Source: Amoebophrya sp. A120 (lineage: Eukaryota; Protista; Dinoflagellata). Taken from it: a stretch of DNA of 64,000 bases. The notes under the pieces were generated by a model. That model saw only the letters and a list, made by a program, of their open reading frames with translations, had not been told where the DNA came from and did not search any database. Positions 24,590 through 36,981 of the stretch are shown piece after piece; position 1 is the stretch's first letter, and every line of letters begins with the position of its first letter. The position numbers and the translations under genes are program-made. Location: assembly GCA_905178155.1 (NCBI GenBank), contig CAJINV010000002.1, positions 8,939,412 to 9,003,411 of the forward strand, in the 5' to 3' direction.

Positions 24590-27500
24590 TCAAAATATAT
24601 AGACGTGACTACCTATCTCGGTCAGCGACAATAATGGTTCTGATGCTTTATTCGTTTGTTTTGCACTTAGGTTCAGAACAGCGCCCAAGTCGTCCTCCAC
24701 CCAGTCGTCCCAGTCGTTTTCGAGTAGCGCAGCGGCGGCTTGTTCCTCTGAATCAACAGCTTGGTCGTGTTCGTCCTCCTTGGGACCGGGGTTCTGTGGT
24801 GGTGTTTCATTATGTTCTTTTCCTGCACTTTTTTCCTCTTCTTCCGCGGCGACATGTTGATGATGTTCATGTTGTTGATGCCCTCCGTTGCCAGCCATAG
24901 GTCCTTCTTCCTTCGCCATCGTCTTCTCTTCCTTCGCCAGGTTTTGTTCTCTTCCTTCGCCATGGTCTTCTCCTTTTTCTCCAGCAGTTGGCTGGTCAGC
25001 GCCAGTTCCAGCAGCTTCTTTTTCTTCCTCACGTGCCTTTTTTTCTGCAGCTTCTTTTTGTTGCCTTTTTCTTTTTTTTTCCCTTGCGCGTGCGCGCATC
25101 TTCTTCGCGAACTTCTTCCCGTCGTCCGATTCCAAAAATTCTGCTTTCCGGTGGTCCATTTGTATCACTGTCCAAATCGCGTATCGCATGGCGTATTCCA
25201 CCCGCCCGCGTGCATATGCCATCTGCCTGCTTTCTCCGTTTTCTGGCCTGGTTGACGCTGTTTTCACCCTGGTCCACGGCCGCAGAAAAAAATCATGGAG
25301 CGGCAAATCAGGGTTCCGCCAAGGTGCGTCAGCGAATTTCATCTCATTCATTCCTCTTTTGAAGCCCGCGAAAAATCCTTGACTTTTTTTGCCATTCATC
25401 TCAAGCGCTGAGTAATCCCCGTCCCCGACTGCCACTGGTGGAACCGGAGAAACTGGGAGCAGGCTGAGACTCGCTTCCGCAGCTTCGTTTTCTTCGATCT
25501 CCACGCGTTTCGCCGCTCCCGTCGTAGGAGTTGGAGCTTTCACTTCCTGTCCTTCTTCTACCAAAGTCGCGTCGTCGGCTTCTGCAACTACTTTCTTCTT
25601 GCTTTTTCTTTTCGTGTTTTTCTCTTTCACAGCTTCATGACCGGCGAGGGCGTCTTTGACAGTGGCCTTTCTTTCTTGTTGCGAAGGCGAAAACGTAGAG
25701 GGAAGCTTGTCTATTTGACGTGGATGCAAAGGCGAAGTTTCGGCGCCGGACGACCCTGCGTGATCCGGACCGACATCCGTCGAAAATTTTTGCTCTTGCA
25801 TCACACAAAAGATTGCTAGCAACTTCAGCACACTTATCGTGATGTATCTTTATGAAAAATACGGCAACGAGATCTGTTCGAAAATTTGTTAATTTCGCGG
25901 AACTGCACACGGCATGCAGGCACATCAGCGTCTTGAACGCTACACAAGAAAGAGCAGTAGTCGTCATGGTCACTACAGTCATATGCAGCAATCTACATGA
26001 GAAAAGTACGAGGAAGTACTAGCAATTTTCTGCATGATAATACTGCCCGCGCGCGCACCAGCTTTGTTCTTTTGGGATGATGAAATTGCTCGGTTTTCAT
26101 GGCTTCCAGCACTGGTGTCGGGAAGAGAAGATTGTGCTTGAGCAGGAACAACCACGCCGTCGAGGAGTTGGCTGAATTTTCCACTTCTGTCCTTCACTTT
26201 GTGACCCTTGGCATCAGCAACGAGAACTTCTTCGCTTGTTCTTGCACTGGTGGAAGCCGTTTGTTGTTTTCCAGAAGATTGCTGGGAGTGTTCACCTTCA
26301 TTCAACGCCGAAAAAGTGCTTCTCGCCCGCGTCTCAGGGGCCGGACCTGCATCAGCCAGTGTAGGGGCGGTGTCCAAGTTCTTGCTACTTCCAGCAGCGT
26401 CGGTAGATGCAGACATCGTGTTCACTTTTTGTACTTCCTCTGCTTCGTGCATCGATGCTCGAGACGCGAATGCTGGATCTCGCCTTTTATCAGGCTTTTC
26501 TGCATTTTTTTGCAGCTGCTTCCCCGCACCGATAGCGACAGGTCGTTCGTCCACCTCCTCGACGTCACTTGCATCCAAGCGGCTTCCTGTAGAGGATGTC
26601 GATGTAGTAGACGTTGCATCTGGTCGTTCGTTTAGGCTGGAAGCTGCCGCACCATCGATTCGTTTTTTACCTGTTGCATAAGGTTATAAATGCAGTTGAA
26701 AGGAACAACGCCAAGCGCATGATAAATGTGCGAGTGGAACTTTTGACTGGACGCGGAAGTTGCAAAAGCAGGACAAAAAGCAAAAACAAAATAAGGGAGT
26801 ACCCCTCGTTTCCTGGTCCGCCTGATTACGGTGTGCTTGGTCAATACGCGATGAAGTGATTTCGCTTTCAGTCGTGTCCGCAACATCGTTCGCAATAGCG
26901 TCCAGTGCGGATGAAGGAGGAGATGAAAGCCTCAGGGACGGAAGGTCCAGCGCGTTGTTATTTTTCTCCTTCGAGAGGACTGCCGTTGACAATCTCCTCG
27001 CAGAGTTGGTGGCGTCCAAGGCGTCCGACGTATCCCTCGTGTTCCCGAGTGCCGCTGGCCTGCTGCTCGGAACCGTGTTTGCATCTGGTGCTGCGCCCTC
27101 CTGCTCGCCGCCCTCCTTCCCTCTTACAGGACTTTCTTGCTGCGCTTTCTTGGACGCATCGACGGAGATCATCTCACCCGTGGTGGAAGCGCTCGTCGTA
27201 CTGCCGACTTCGAGAAACGAAAAAGCTGGCTGAAGCACTCCTGCCACATCCACGTCAGCAGTTTTTTCTTGTAGTACGCCAGTGGTGTTTCTAGTTGTTT
27301 GGCGCTGGTGCGTTCTTTGCGTCGACGAAGATGCAACGTCGCTAGTCATTTGTTCTTGTTCTCCTCCTCCAAAAAAAACAGACAGCGGAAACCACGACGT
27401 GGGATCAAGCCATCCCGACCACGAGCTTGAGGGTTTACCAGCGCCCGCGGGGTGCGCTGCAGAAGCGCCACTCATCGTAGAAGCGTTACCGTCTTCCGCA

Positions 27501-27814
27501 GCAACTTGTTCGCCCCTTGCCGCGGCTGCCCGCTCAACCGCAAGGCGCTTTTCCGAGCGGAGCATGTGCCGCCGCGCATGAACGAGCGTCGGAAAGGACG
27601 TAAAGTCGAGCATGGCCAGGAACAAGAACGCAATGCAGACCATCATGTAGTTCCTCCTGGTCGTCATGTTGCAAGGGTTGTTTTGTAGTGGTCGTGTCAG
27701 TCGAATGTTCGCTGTGCTTCGTCGCACCATGGAATATCCTCTTCCTGCTGGTCCACAACCGGATTTATCAGGCGGTTTGTGTTCTGTGGTGGACAAGCTA
27801 GAGATCCCCCTCAT
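24590..27814 (-). CDS. Hypothetical secreted low-complexity protein (3 exons)
   Basis: Signal-peptide-like MMVCIAFLFLAMLDFTSFPTLVHA. ORFs 26684-27814, 25979-26578 and 24590-25831 can be joined in frame by GT-AG introns at ~26672-26857 and ~25795-26044. Charged coiled-coil near the C-terminus. Confidence 0.65.
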
Positions 27815-28204
27815 CTTAATTGTTACTTGGTTCGATCGGCAGATCTGATCAAATAACTTCTTGGAAAAGGACTAAGTACGTGTCTCAGCATTCAAGACAG
27901 TTCGTTGGCGAGTTAAGTATTTCGGGATGACGACTAGACAAAATGTCTCTCTCGATTCTGCCTCTGCCGGAAAGAAAAACGAAACCCGTCAGTATACGAC
28001 TTTCTCTCTACAACGAGGTGCTGCGCTGACTCGCCACACCGCTCAACCCGTACCCGTACAATAACCACAGACCCCTCGTCTACCCAATTTCTCATCACCT
28101 GCCAAAAACTGGTGCGACTTTCGAAACCTGCTGTACTCATGACGCCCCAAATCGGTGGCTTCCTCTCGCTCCTTTTCACTCCTCGTGGTCCTCGTCCAAC
28201 TTTT

Positions 28205-28935
28205 CCGGTGAGCTTACGATGCTTCATAGAGCCGGCCCTGTACACTTTCACTCCCTCGTCTCTTGCTCTTGGTGCCGTCTGCAAAGAAAAAAATAAATAG
28301 CTGCTGTATCTATGGCACGAACATGATGACACTCGTTCAACTTAGCGATCCTGCTCGATTTATGTACGCGCCACCTCCTCGCGTTGGTTGTTACATATAC
28401 ACTCATCGCGAGAGCGGCGTCTCCTTTCCGATCTGATGGCACACAACATCAAATGCGCTGATTGCTATTGTTTGAAAATTGCGCGATTGGATTGGCACTG
28501 CGCTGAACCCCTCTCTCCACGAACCAGTCACTTCTTCCCCCTCCTCGCTCCTCCTCTACCCGGTGCAAATGTGTCTTGTATTTCAGCTCGCATGCCAACG
28601 GTTTTGTCTTCCCCTATCGACAATGCCTTAGACCTTCTCTTTTTCCCAAAAGCTTTTATCACGATGAGGCAAGATTTGGCTTTCGTACGAACTAGTGGAT
28701 TTACTAGCAGTGACGATGCATCTATTCAACAGCACTAACAAGCTGGTGTTCCACCCAACACTTGCATCACAGCCGCAGTGTCGAGTGTCGACAACTTTTC
28801 CCTTTTTTTCTTTAGACTGCGAAACTTGGTACAGTACAAACAAATACAAAGGTCAAATTGATCTACGTCACCAGCATGATCCCGTCAGGAAAGAGCGCCT
28901 TTTCTTCGAAAGTACAAATATCAGAACTGCTTTGA
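28205..28935. repeat. Dispersed intergenic repeat, copy B (longest; left part ~ copy C, right part ~ copy A)
   Basis: CGGTGAGCTTACGATGC.TCATAGAGCCGG and CATCGC.AGAGCG.CGTCT...TTTCCGATCTGATGG are shared with 36982-37245; the right part is shared with 18381-18716. Confidence 0.82.
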
Positions 28936-30360
28936 CGGCCTGTGACAGTCGGAGATTAATACAGTTTCGTTTTTACATACAACACGCAAATACAAGGTCA
29001 TCTGCGGAGGAGGAGGTACTAGTATCATTTCCGCCGGTACAAGCAACATGATCTAGACGAGGTGGTTGCGGGTAAAATAGTTTGATATAGTAATGCTAAT
29101 TCCTTTTCATTTGGTACATTTTTCAAAACCACAGAAACTGAAACTTTTTAATCGTGATACAAAGAGTGAATGCGTTTGTACATGCGCATATCACGTCTAT
29201 TTAGAAAGCGCCAAGACAAATTTCCATTTCATCAAATGTGTTACTGTCACCAATTTCCGCCGTCGAATCTGCTATTCGCAGCGGTGAAGAACCGATTCTG
29301 ACCAGTACAGTACCGCTCTACCCTGCTCTTCACGTCCTTCCGCTTTCGTAACTGCCGTGCTTTGGCGTATAAGCCACACGTGGAGAGAGAGTGGACCCTG
29401 CTTGCCGTCGAAAACCGGGTCTAGGCTTGGTTCTCGATTTTGGTCGGCACCTTGTGCAATTAATCTCGCAGCCTCTAACTTTGGTTCGTTATTCTCATTT
29501 CAAGCAGAGAGGCACGGACTTGCATCTGGAGTACAGTACCTTTTTAGCGCTGCTGATATCGTCACTGCCGAACAACGATTCCAGGCACAGCGTCCTCGAG
29601 CTCCAGCGGCAGGTCCTTAATTATCTGCAAGATGAACAGTGCAAAAGTCGCTATCGCGATGGTTCTTCATTCGTCTGCAAACCTGTGAAGTGAAAACGAT
29701 ATTTCTCATGCGGTATGCGAGATCATAGCCGAACAGCAGACGCTGAGAGAGCTGTATCCACTAAATATATTAGTGTTGCATTCTATCTTCGGAAGATGAA
29801 AGCAAAATGCTTACCGAAACTTCGGCATTCAAACAAGATGTGCTTCGACTTCGTAGAGACGCTCTGCCGTCGAAATCTGGTAGAAGGGGCCGTGGTGTCA
29901 TGCCTTCCTTCGTTACCGGAGAGACAATTTCTATCTAATACCATCAATCAGGGGAATCGCGAGGGGTGAAGGGAAGGGTAGAAGCCGCACAGGAAGAAAC
30001 TCAGGGTGACGAAATCCATCCTGCTTTTTACGAAACAAAGTGAGTCCCGTTATCCAACGTCATCCTGCTAAGCGTCACAACTGTGGGGGTGATTAAGAGT
30101 GAGGGTGTGTGGTGCTTGGTATGGTTCTGCGACTGCTTGTTCATTCTGCAGGCGCAAACCTGTGATGTGAAGCAGGTGATGCAAATTCAATTTACCTGCA
30201 GCTGCAGTGTCCTCGCAACGCACCTGTACAAAACAATACAGCACAAACTGGTAGGCATGCATCTGGTAGATTTTCTTGGCCTTTTCCAGCAGCACCAAAC
30301 AAAAGTGAAAATTAGAATTTTTACTGTTGTACCAATATCATTCTTTTCGTCTGAACGAAG

Positions 30361-33300
30361 TCAGAAATCCAGCTCGTCCTCGGATTCGTCATCCAAATCC
30401 GGCGGCCCGAAACCCCAGTTCTTTTTCTTTATGAAACGCAAAAATCCAAGTTATCACGTGACGCTCGTTTCGTGATGCGATGAAAGCGAAAGAATAACGA
30501 TCCTCATCTAGCTAGCCAGATTTTACGCATGATGGAATACAAGAACAGCGCTTCCACTTTTACATGCGTGTGGAACTCCAACTCCAACGTATCTTTGCGC
30601 ATTGCTACTCGCGAACGTCAGTGAGGCAAAGAAAAGTAGTTTTTTTTTCGGGATATTCCAGATATTGAATTGGGTCGATGTCTCCTGGCTATCCTAAGGA
30701 AATATAAGTCGACTCTCATCAAGCAGTCACACAGATACCCTTGGAATCTGACTCGATCTTTGGTCGCTCCACGGTGCAGCCTTGTTTTCAAGCTTAGATG
30801 TTCAAAAGAGCGCGATCAGATTCTGGTAGTGGCTGCATAGAAGAGGCACAATAATTCAGGTGCAGCACATGAAAGATGCAAAGGACGACACAGATTCTTA
30901 TGACTGCGCTCATTAAAGATTCGACCATAAATTTCGCTAGAATAGTGCACGAAGGTTCCGTACTCCAGCACTTTCCCAGCACCCGCCGAGAGACTCCGGG
31001 TCTATCATCATCATCATCATCAACGCGTTAGCCGGGACTTTTGTTCAGAAGTTCTCGTCAAAAGTAACTGATCGTTCGGATCGGGGCTGTGCGTACACCA
31101 TTATCAATTTTTCTTCTCCTTTTCGTGGGGGGTGGCTAATCTATCTGACGCTGTGCGTTCCGTCAGACTCTCTCACGAACCACACTCCACCCACGCTTAC
31201 TTCCTCCTTGCCCGAGTTTTCGCAGAAGAAAGTGTCCGAAATTTCGAAAACGACATCAGGGTTGTCTTGAAGATGCCATCTCCGTTGTCCGTGCGCCGAT
31301 GGTGTCCACTTTTTTCCGTGCAAAGCATTCACCATCTCCTGCCGCGCATCTTCTTGTTCCTTCTTTTGCTGTTCCAGCCTCTTGCGACGTTCCTCCTGTG
31401 CCTTTTGCGTCTTTATCGACTTCTTCCCGCGCTCCGGCCCCTTCCTGGTTTTTGCCTGTTCCCGCCGCGCTGTAGCGTAAGGTCTGCGCTTGGTCAGCAG
31501 CTCCCTTACCACTGGCCCGGTCGGCCGCTGCAGTGCGAGGTCATCGAGGCTAATCCCATAAAAATCCAGGTCGGCTGCTACCAGCTTGCCCCAGTGCGTC
31601 TTTTGATCGATTTCTTCCTTGATACGGTCTAGAGACCCTTCGCCCGAAGAGTCGCGCGCCGCATGAGCGACCCAGGCGATGCGCTTCTCCCTAATTTCGG
31701 TTTCGATCGTTTGCACACCGAGGGCCCGGCACATGTCTTCGGTGCTTGGAGCATTTTCCCAATTCCACAGCCCAAGAATATAGCGAAGGGTGTGGCGCTG
31801 GAATTCACGCAAGGTCTTGGCATCGTGTTCATGAACCGACCAAACTTCCGCGTTGTACAGTGCGATGCTGATGCACAAAGCCCGGTCTATCAAATGTAAA
31901 AATGTCTGGGTCTGGAAGATTCTGAGACTTGTCATGCACGTTTTGCATTGGCCATGATGTCTGTGATGCATGCCCTAGCATCACAGATTTTTTGAGGGCT
32001 TCGCGATGCCTATTCCGCATGACAAATGCCCTCTCCGCATAGCAAAAATTGCATTCCCTTTGCTGCTCATGGAATACAGATTTTTCTGGAATCCAAATTC
32101 AGCATCACAAGTTGCATTCTTCCGGACCCAGACATTTTTGCACTTGATAGGGTCAACCAGGTTGCAACTCCGTTTCCAGCGGCCGCTTCGACAGCCCGAC
32201 GGCGCTCCAGCTCCGCCAGCATGTTCACGATTTGGAGCTGCAGCTGCTCTTGACCCTCCTCGTCGAGCTGCAGCACTTGTTCATCCAGCTGATTGGGATC
32301 TCCGTCTACTTCATCACCCGGATCATTCGCATTGTGGTCCCAGTGTATGGAAGGCAGTAGAAGTTGCTTTCTCTTTTTCACAAACTAACTGCCGGCTACC
32401 GATTTGTATTTGCCTGTAAGAAAGTCATGCCATGAGAAAACTCGCGTTGAAAAGTGGAGAGAAAGCAACCATTCCAGCACTTCATACGATCGCTTCCCAG
32501 CATGTTGCTCTCGATGTCGGCCACGTCCTCGCCCTTCAACCGTTCCAGCTCCTTGCGCCGGCGCTGCCACCAGCCGTACAAGAAGTAGGACACGAGTAAG
32601 CTCGCAGTAACTGCCACAAACAGAAACAAGGCCATCAAGGAAAAGTCGCTCGGGTGGTGGTCGAAGCGGAGCATGACCAGGAACGAGGTGTAGAAGTTTT
32701 GGAGTTGTTTCCAGGCGTATTCACCCACGGCGGCGAGGAAATCGTAGGCGTCGGTGAGACAGGCGGCGAAGGTATCGGAATGATGCTGCGAGCCATGCGG
32801 AATTCGATGCGCTGCTGCAGGTTCAGGTACCCCATGTGGCATGTCTTCGAGCAAACCGGCCGCCGCGTTCGTTAGTGAAAATGTGTTGGAAGAAGCCGGA
32901 GTTGCATGCAGCGACTCCGCGGTAGCACTCCCAGGACTTGTCGAGGAGTACAACAACTGCGACGAAGAGCCGTTGTCGGTAACAGCTGTGGTTGTACTGC
33001 CTTGTCCCGACATGTTTGATGTCGTGGCCGAGGAGCTCGCCGTTGGCTTGGGCTTGTTGACGGAGGCCGACAATGATACCGCGCTTGCCCCTCTTCGCGA
33101 TGAACTGGATCCAGATGTATGTTCGCCATCTTCACCTGGGTTTTTCTTCACCTCATCTTCTACCTTTGTGCCCGACGTCTTCGCCCGAGTCGCTTCCTCC
33201 TCGTCGTCGATGTGGACGCTCGACGTTTTCATCTTTCCTGCCTTTTCTTTCGCGAAAGTGGACACGCTGGTGCGACTTCCATCTTTACCGTCTGGATTCT

Positions 33301-36300
33301 TCCTAATCGACGAAACGGAGGGGGAAGTGGAGGGCTCTTCTTGCTGCAGAGACGACGGTGAGGAGGAGCTGGCAAGTGCGCTTTTTGGAAAAGTACTGCC
33401 GCCACTCCGATCCTGATTTTCTCCTTTGGATTTCAGCCTTTCCTGATCGTGGACGTTCTGCACGAGCTCTATCGCACTGGACAAGCCGTCTACCGCAGCC
33501 GTCACATGGTTGTTGGCCTTGTCAGGATGGACGGTGGCAATGTTGGAAGAAGTACTACTCTCGAGAAAAGTATGATCATCTGTAGAGGTCGCAACGAAGC
33601 TGCTGGATTCTTCAGCTTCACCTTTTTTTACCGCTGTTGTGTCTTTTTGTTCATATTTGAACTCCGCCGCCTTCGGAAAATACCCCTTTCTCTGGATATC
33701 GTCCAGCAGTTCAAGGCTCGCCACACTGTGGTCGATGTGCATTGCTGCGACGCCAGCCAGCGCATACACAGCGGCATCACTAGCGTCGGGACGCAGGCCC
33801 TTCAGGATCGCAACAAGTCGCACTGCGAACTTCTTCGTGATCGTGCCGTTACCCCCTTTTTCTTTTCGCGCCTTCTGCTTCGTGACCCACTTATCCCTTG
33901 CGGCATCCAGACTGTCGGACAAATCTTTTCGCGTCAGTTTCAATGTCGAATTCTCCTTTATTAGAGACATCACATTCTTTACTGCTGCCGTTTGGTCTGC
34001 ACTCTTTAAAGCATTCCACATTCCGGTGAGTGCATCGTAGATCGCTTCTCCCACAGGTTTACAGGGGAATTTAGTCGTGTCTGCACTTTCGGTGCTGACC
34101 TTGTCCTTCATCTTGGCGTTGGTGTTCTGTGCGCCGTTTGCAGCATAGCTAAACTCGTCCTTGTTTCCGAAAAATGCAGCAATCGCCCCGTCTAACATTG
34201 GCTGAGTCAACGCCTTCGAGTCGGTGTTGGTAAAGTACTGCGTCGCGACAGTCGTGAGTTCCGAAATTACGCTATCCTGGGTAGAAACGTCCCCACCCCA
34301 GAATTGTCATGTTAAAGGAATTGCAGCACACTTTGCGACCCCCCCCCCCTCTGCCCCCGGCCACAGATGGCTTGACACGAAGGGGGGCTACGTCAGGCGG
34401 ACACCAAAGTACCCAAAAGTTGTCATGCAGATTTGCAATTACAGAAAGATTTGCATTTGTAACGCGCATCCCCATGAGGGGCATTTCCAATCGTGCTTCG
34501 GCATTTGTAATGCTTAAACCGACCGAAACCACAGAGAAACGCGCCTTGCAGGTTCCCCTTCCGCATATGGTCGGGCGTCCAAAGCACGGAGTCAGACGGA
34601 CCACAAGTGCCATCGTCATCATCCTCGAGCACATTTCCACACCTCTCGCTAAGTTGTCTTTTTTTCAGGTCCTCACTCGCAAGCACGCGTTTATAGCTCG
34701 CCAGGATTCCGCATTTGCAATGCTGTACACAAGATAAGCGAATGGGTCGGTGATGCGGCTTTCCTGGCTAAACTGCACTAGAATACAGAGTGGGCGTCTC
34801 TGACGTCTCAAATCGATTCGAAATGACGATGATCGAAATACGAATCGTTGAGATGTCTCTGACAGTAGAGGAACTTGTCATGCGTAACTCCCAAAACTTC
34901 TGGATTTGTGTTGGTAAGTACCAATCCGCACGGCTGCGCCGTGGGGAAAACCATGCCTCGACCCTTCAGATTTTTTCAGCCGTGTATGAAAAATATGCAG
35001 AGCCAGTTGTTTTTTCGCTGTGGTGATTTCCTCCGGCCCTTGTTCACGATGAGAAAACAGTGAAAAAACAAACAGGCTCACACATGTTCTTCGTTCTTTA
35101 TTTGTTGACTGCAGTCGTTTTCGTTCTCTATTTGCTCACGCATGTTTTTCCTTCGTTTTTCTGTGATTTGCCACTTGAGTTTTCCGATGGAGAGCAGTCA
35201 TGTCAGACTACGCACGACAGCAAATTTTTTAGCTGCGGCGCTTTCGCAATCGAATGCGATAGCGTGCCACCTCCTCAAACACTGTTACTTGGTCCGAACC
35301 CGGCGGTCGGGTTCGCAATGCGCTGACTGGCCGCGCATCGCGCTCTTCAATTGCAGCGCGTACAGCTCAAAAAAGGTCAAAACTAGCGCAGGCGCTACTG
35401 TAGGCATTTTGCCTCTACTGTCTGTAGGCGCCTACAGTAGATATAGCGCACACAGGACAGCGGAAAAAAGCGAAGAGCTTCTGTAGGCTCAACAGTAGAC
35501 TTTTTCGCTTTGCTGTAGGTGCCTATAGTAGAAGGGTCTACTGGAGCTTTTTCCAAGTTCTTCAGCAGGCTCTACTGAAGGTTTTCGCGTCGTGCGCGTA
35601 AAATTTTTCGAGGCATTCTCCAGTAGACTCGCCTGCAGAAGGTTCAAAACCTTCAGAAGCCTTGTCCAATAGTTTTCCACTTTGGCACTTTTGAAACCAA
35701 AAAAAAATGCTACTTTTGGCAAAAATATCCATAGCTGTAGGTATACACCTTCTGAAGGTTTAAAACCTTCAGAAGAAATTTTTTGGGGCCACTTCTACTG
35801 TAGAGTTTATGCAAGGTCTACGGTAGACTGAACCCTACTGAAGGTTTCAAAAATTAATTCTTTTCTTGCAAAAAGGATTGAATTCTGCTTCAAAAATTCG
35901 ATATTTTTTTACGTCTGTTTTTTTGACCTTCAGAAGGTTTCTGCTGCCTTCTGTAGGTCTTCTGTAGAGTTTCCTTCTGGAGAATCTCTGATTTTTTTCC
36001 CCTATACCTAGTACTTCAATATGTTTCCAACTTGACTCTGGGGTGGGGACGCTTTTGCTCAGGATATTTATGGTCTGGTACTGATCTCCCTTCCGGCAAG
36101 ATGTCCTGTAAATACTCACCGACGTTCTCTAAAATGAGTGGTCCAGACACACCCTGGGCATGTTCTACCTTCTCTTTCAGCTCCGGATCTTCGCCCTGGT
36201 ACTTTTCCTTGAGATACTTCCATAGCTCTAGTAGCTCCTCGTCCGTGAAGCGTCGTGTCTCGTTCTCTTTCACCTCAGCAGCTGCCCGATTCACCTCAGC

Positions 36301-36445
36301 AGCTGCACCGTGATGAGCTAGTGCGGTCTCGAAATCTTTCGCTAGCTTTTCGAGAGATTCATGAGATAGCTCACCTTTCGCGCTTTGCCCAGGCATGGTC
36401 TTTGCGTTTCTTGCAAGTTCTCAAAGCCCTCGACGAGAAAAACTG
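30361..36445 (-). CDS. Hypothetical single-pass membrane protein, multi-exon; true start probably further upstream (~36.6-36.95 kb)
   Basis: ORF 36016-36396 joins 32396-34272 in frame after removing 34273-36066 + 5 nt. TM segment LMALFLFVAVTASLLVSYFLYGWW followed by RRRK. Further exons near 32155-32340 and ~30950; terminal exon NWGFGPPDLDDESEDELDF* at 30361-30420. Confidence 0.6.
31008..31883 (-). mobile_element. 5'-truncated non-LTR retrotransposon (RTE-like LINE) 3' fragment
   Basis: ORF RALCISIALYNAEVW...LREFQRHTLRYILGLWNW...IREKRIAWVAHAAR resembles the post-RT region of RTE-clade ORFs; stop at 31141; (GAT)6 tail at 31004-31021; duplication GGTCTATCA at 30999-31007 and 31884-31892. Confidence 0.85.
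31888..32149. mobile_element. Introner family A copy, inverted relative to 2174-2438; original left end at 31003 displaced by the LINE
   Basis: Same TIR and internal sequence as 2174-2438 in reverse complement; original duplication GGGTC at 30998-31002 and 32150-32154. Confidence 0.92.
34273..36066. mobile_element. Long (1,794 bp) TAT...ATA element of the 56835-57113 family with internal expansion
   Basis: Ends TATCCTGGGTAGAAACGTCCCCACCCCAGAATTG / GACTCTGGGGTGGGGACGCTTTTGCTCAGGATA match each other and the ends of 56835-57113. Flanks TACGC / TTTAT are not duplicated. Confidence 0.8.
35385..36010. repeat. Array of short palindromic motifs (CTACWGTAG, CCTTCWGAAGG) inside the long element
   Basis: For example the near-perfect palindrome CTTCTGAAGGTTTAAAACCTTCAGAAG at ~35749-35775; many CTACTGTAG/CTACAGTAG/CCTTCAGAAG variants. 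Confidence 0.7.
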
Positions 36446-36981
36446 AAAGATCGAGATAGATGCACTGGATGATATCTATCAATCATTTCCCCACAACAGG
36501 CGGCCGAATTGTTTTCTGTGCTCTTTCCAAGTTTCTAGCTTCAGGAATTTCGACTTTGTAGTTTATTGATCTCAAAAATCGTACGGAGGAACTGCTGCGA
36601 TCATTGCAGCCCCTCTTCACTATTTTCGACACTTTGTATATCCTCACTCATTCATTCACAATCTAATGTAAGTCTTAGATTGTCCCGCGGCCAACAAGGC
36701 TCTTTTTTATCCCTCTAATAGGAATGATTTGCCCTTAGAAAGACAATTTAGTGCAAGCTTCTTAGACGAAAACTAATTGTCCGGCACGCTTGAGATGCTG
36801 CCCTCGTTCTGTCATTGATTTCCTGGAGGTTGATTGTCTGCGCTGGATTGCATTGAGAGCCAGGCATCTCGAGCGACGCAACACCACCCGTTTTAGCAGT
36901 GAAGGGACAACGACGACGATTGGACTCGGAGTCAAGACAGCTGACGCTCAATGATCTCTATGGAATCAACTCGCTTTGGTA

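Noticed and set aside
34309-35486. ORFs inside the 1.8-kb TIR element as a candidate autonomous transposase
   Set aside because: All are 142 aa or shorter with no DDE, HTH or recombinase motif; no mobiliser is visible in this window.
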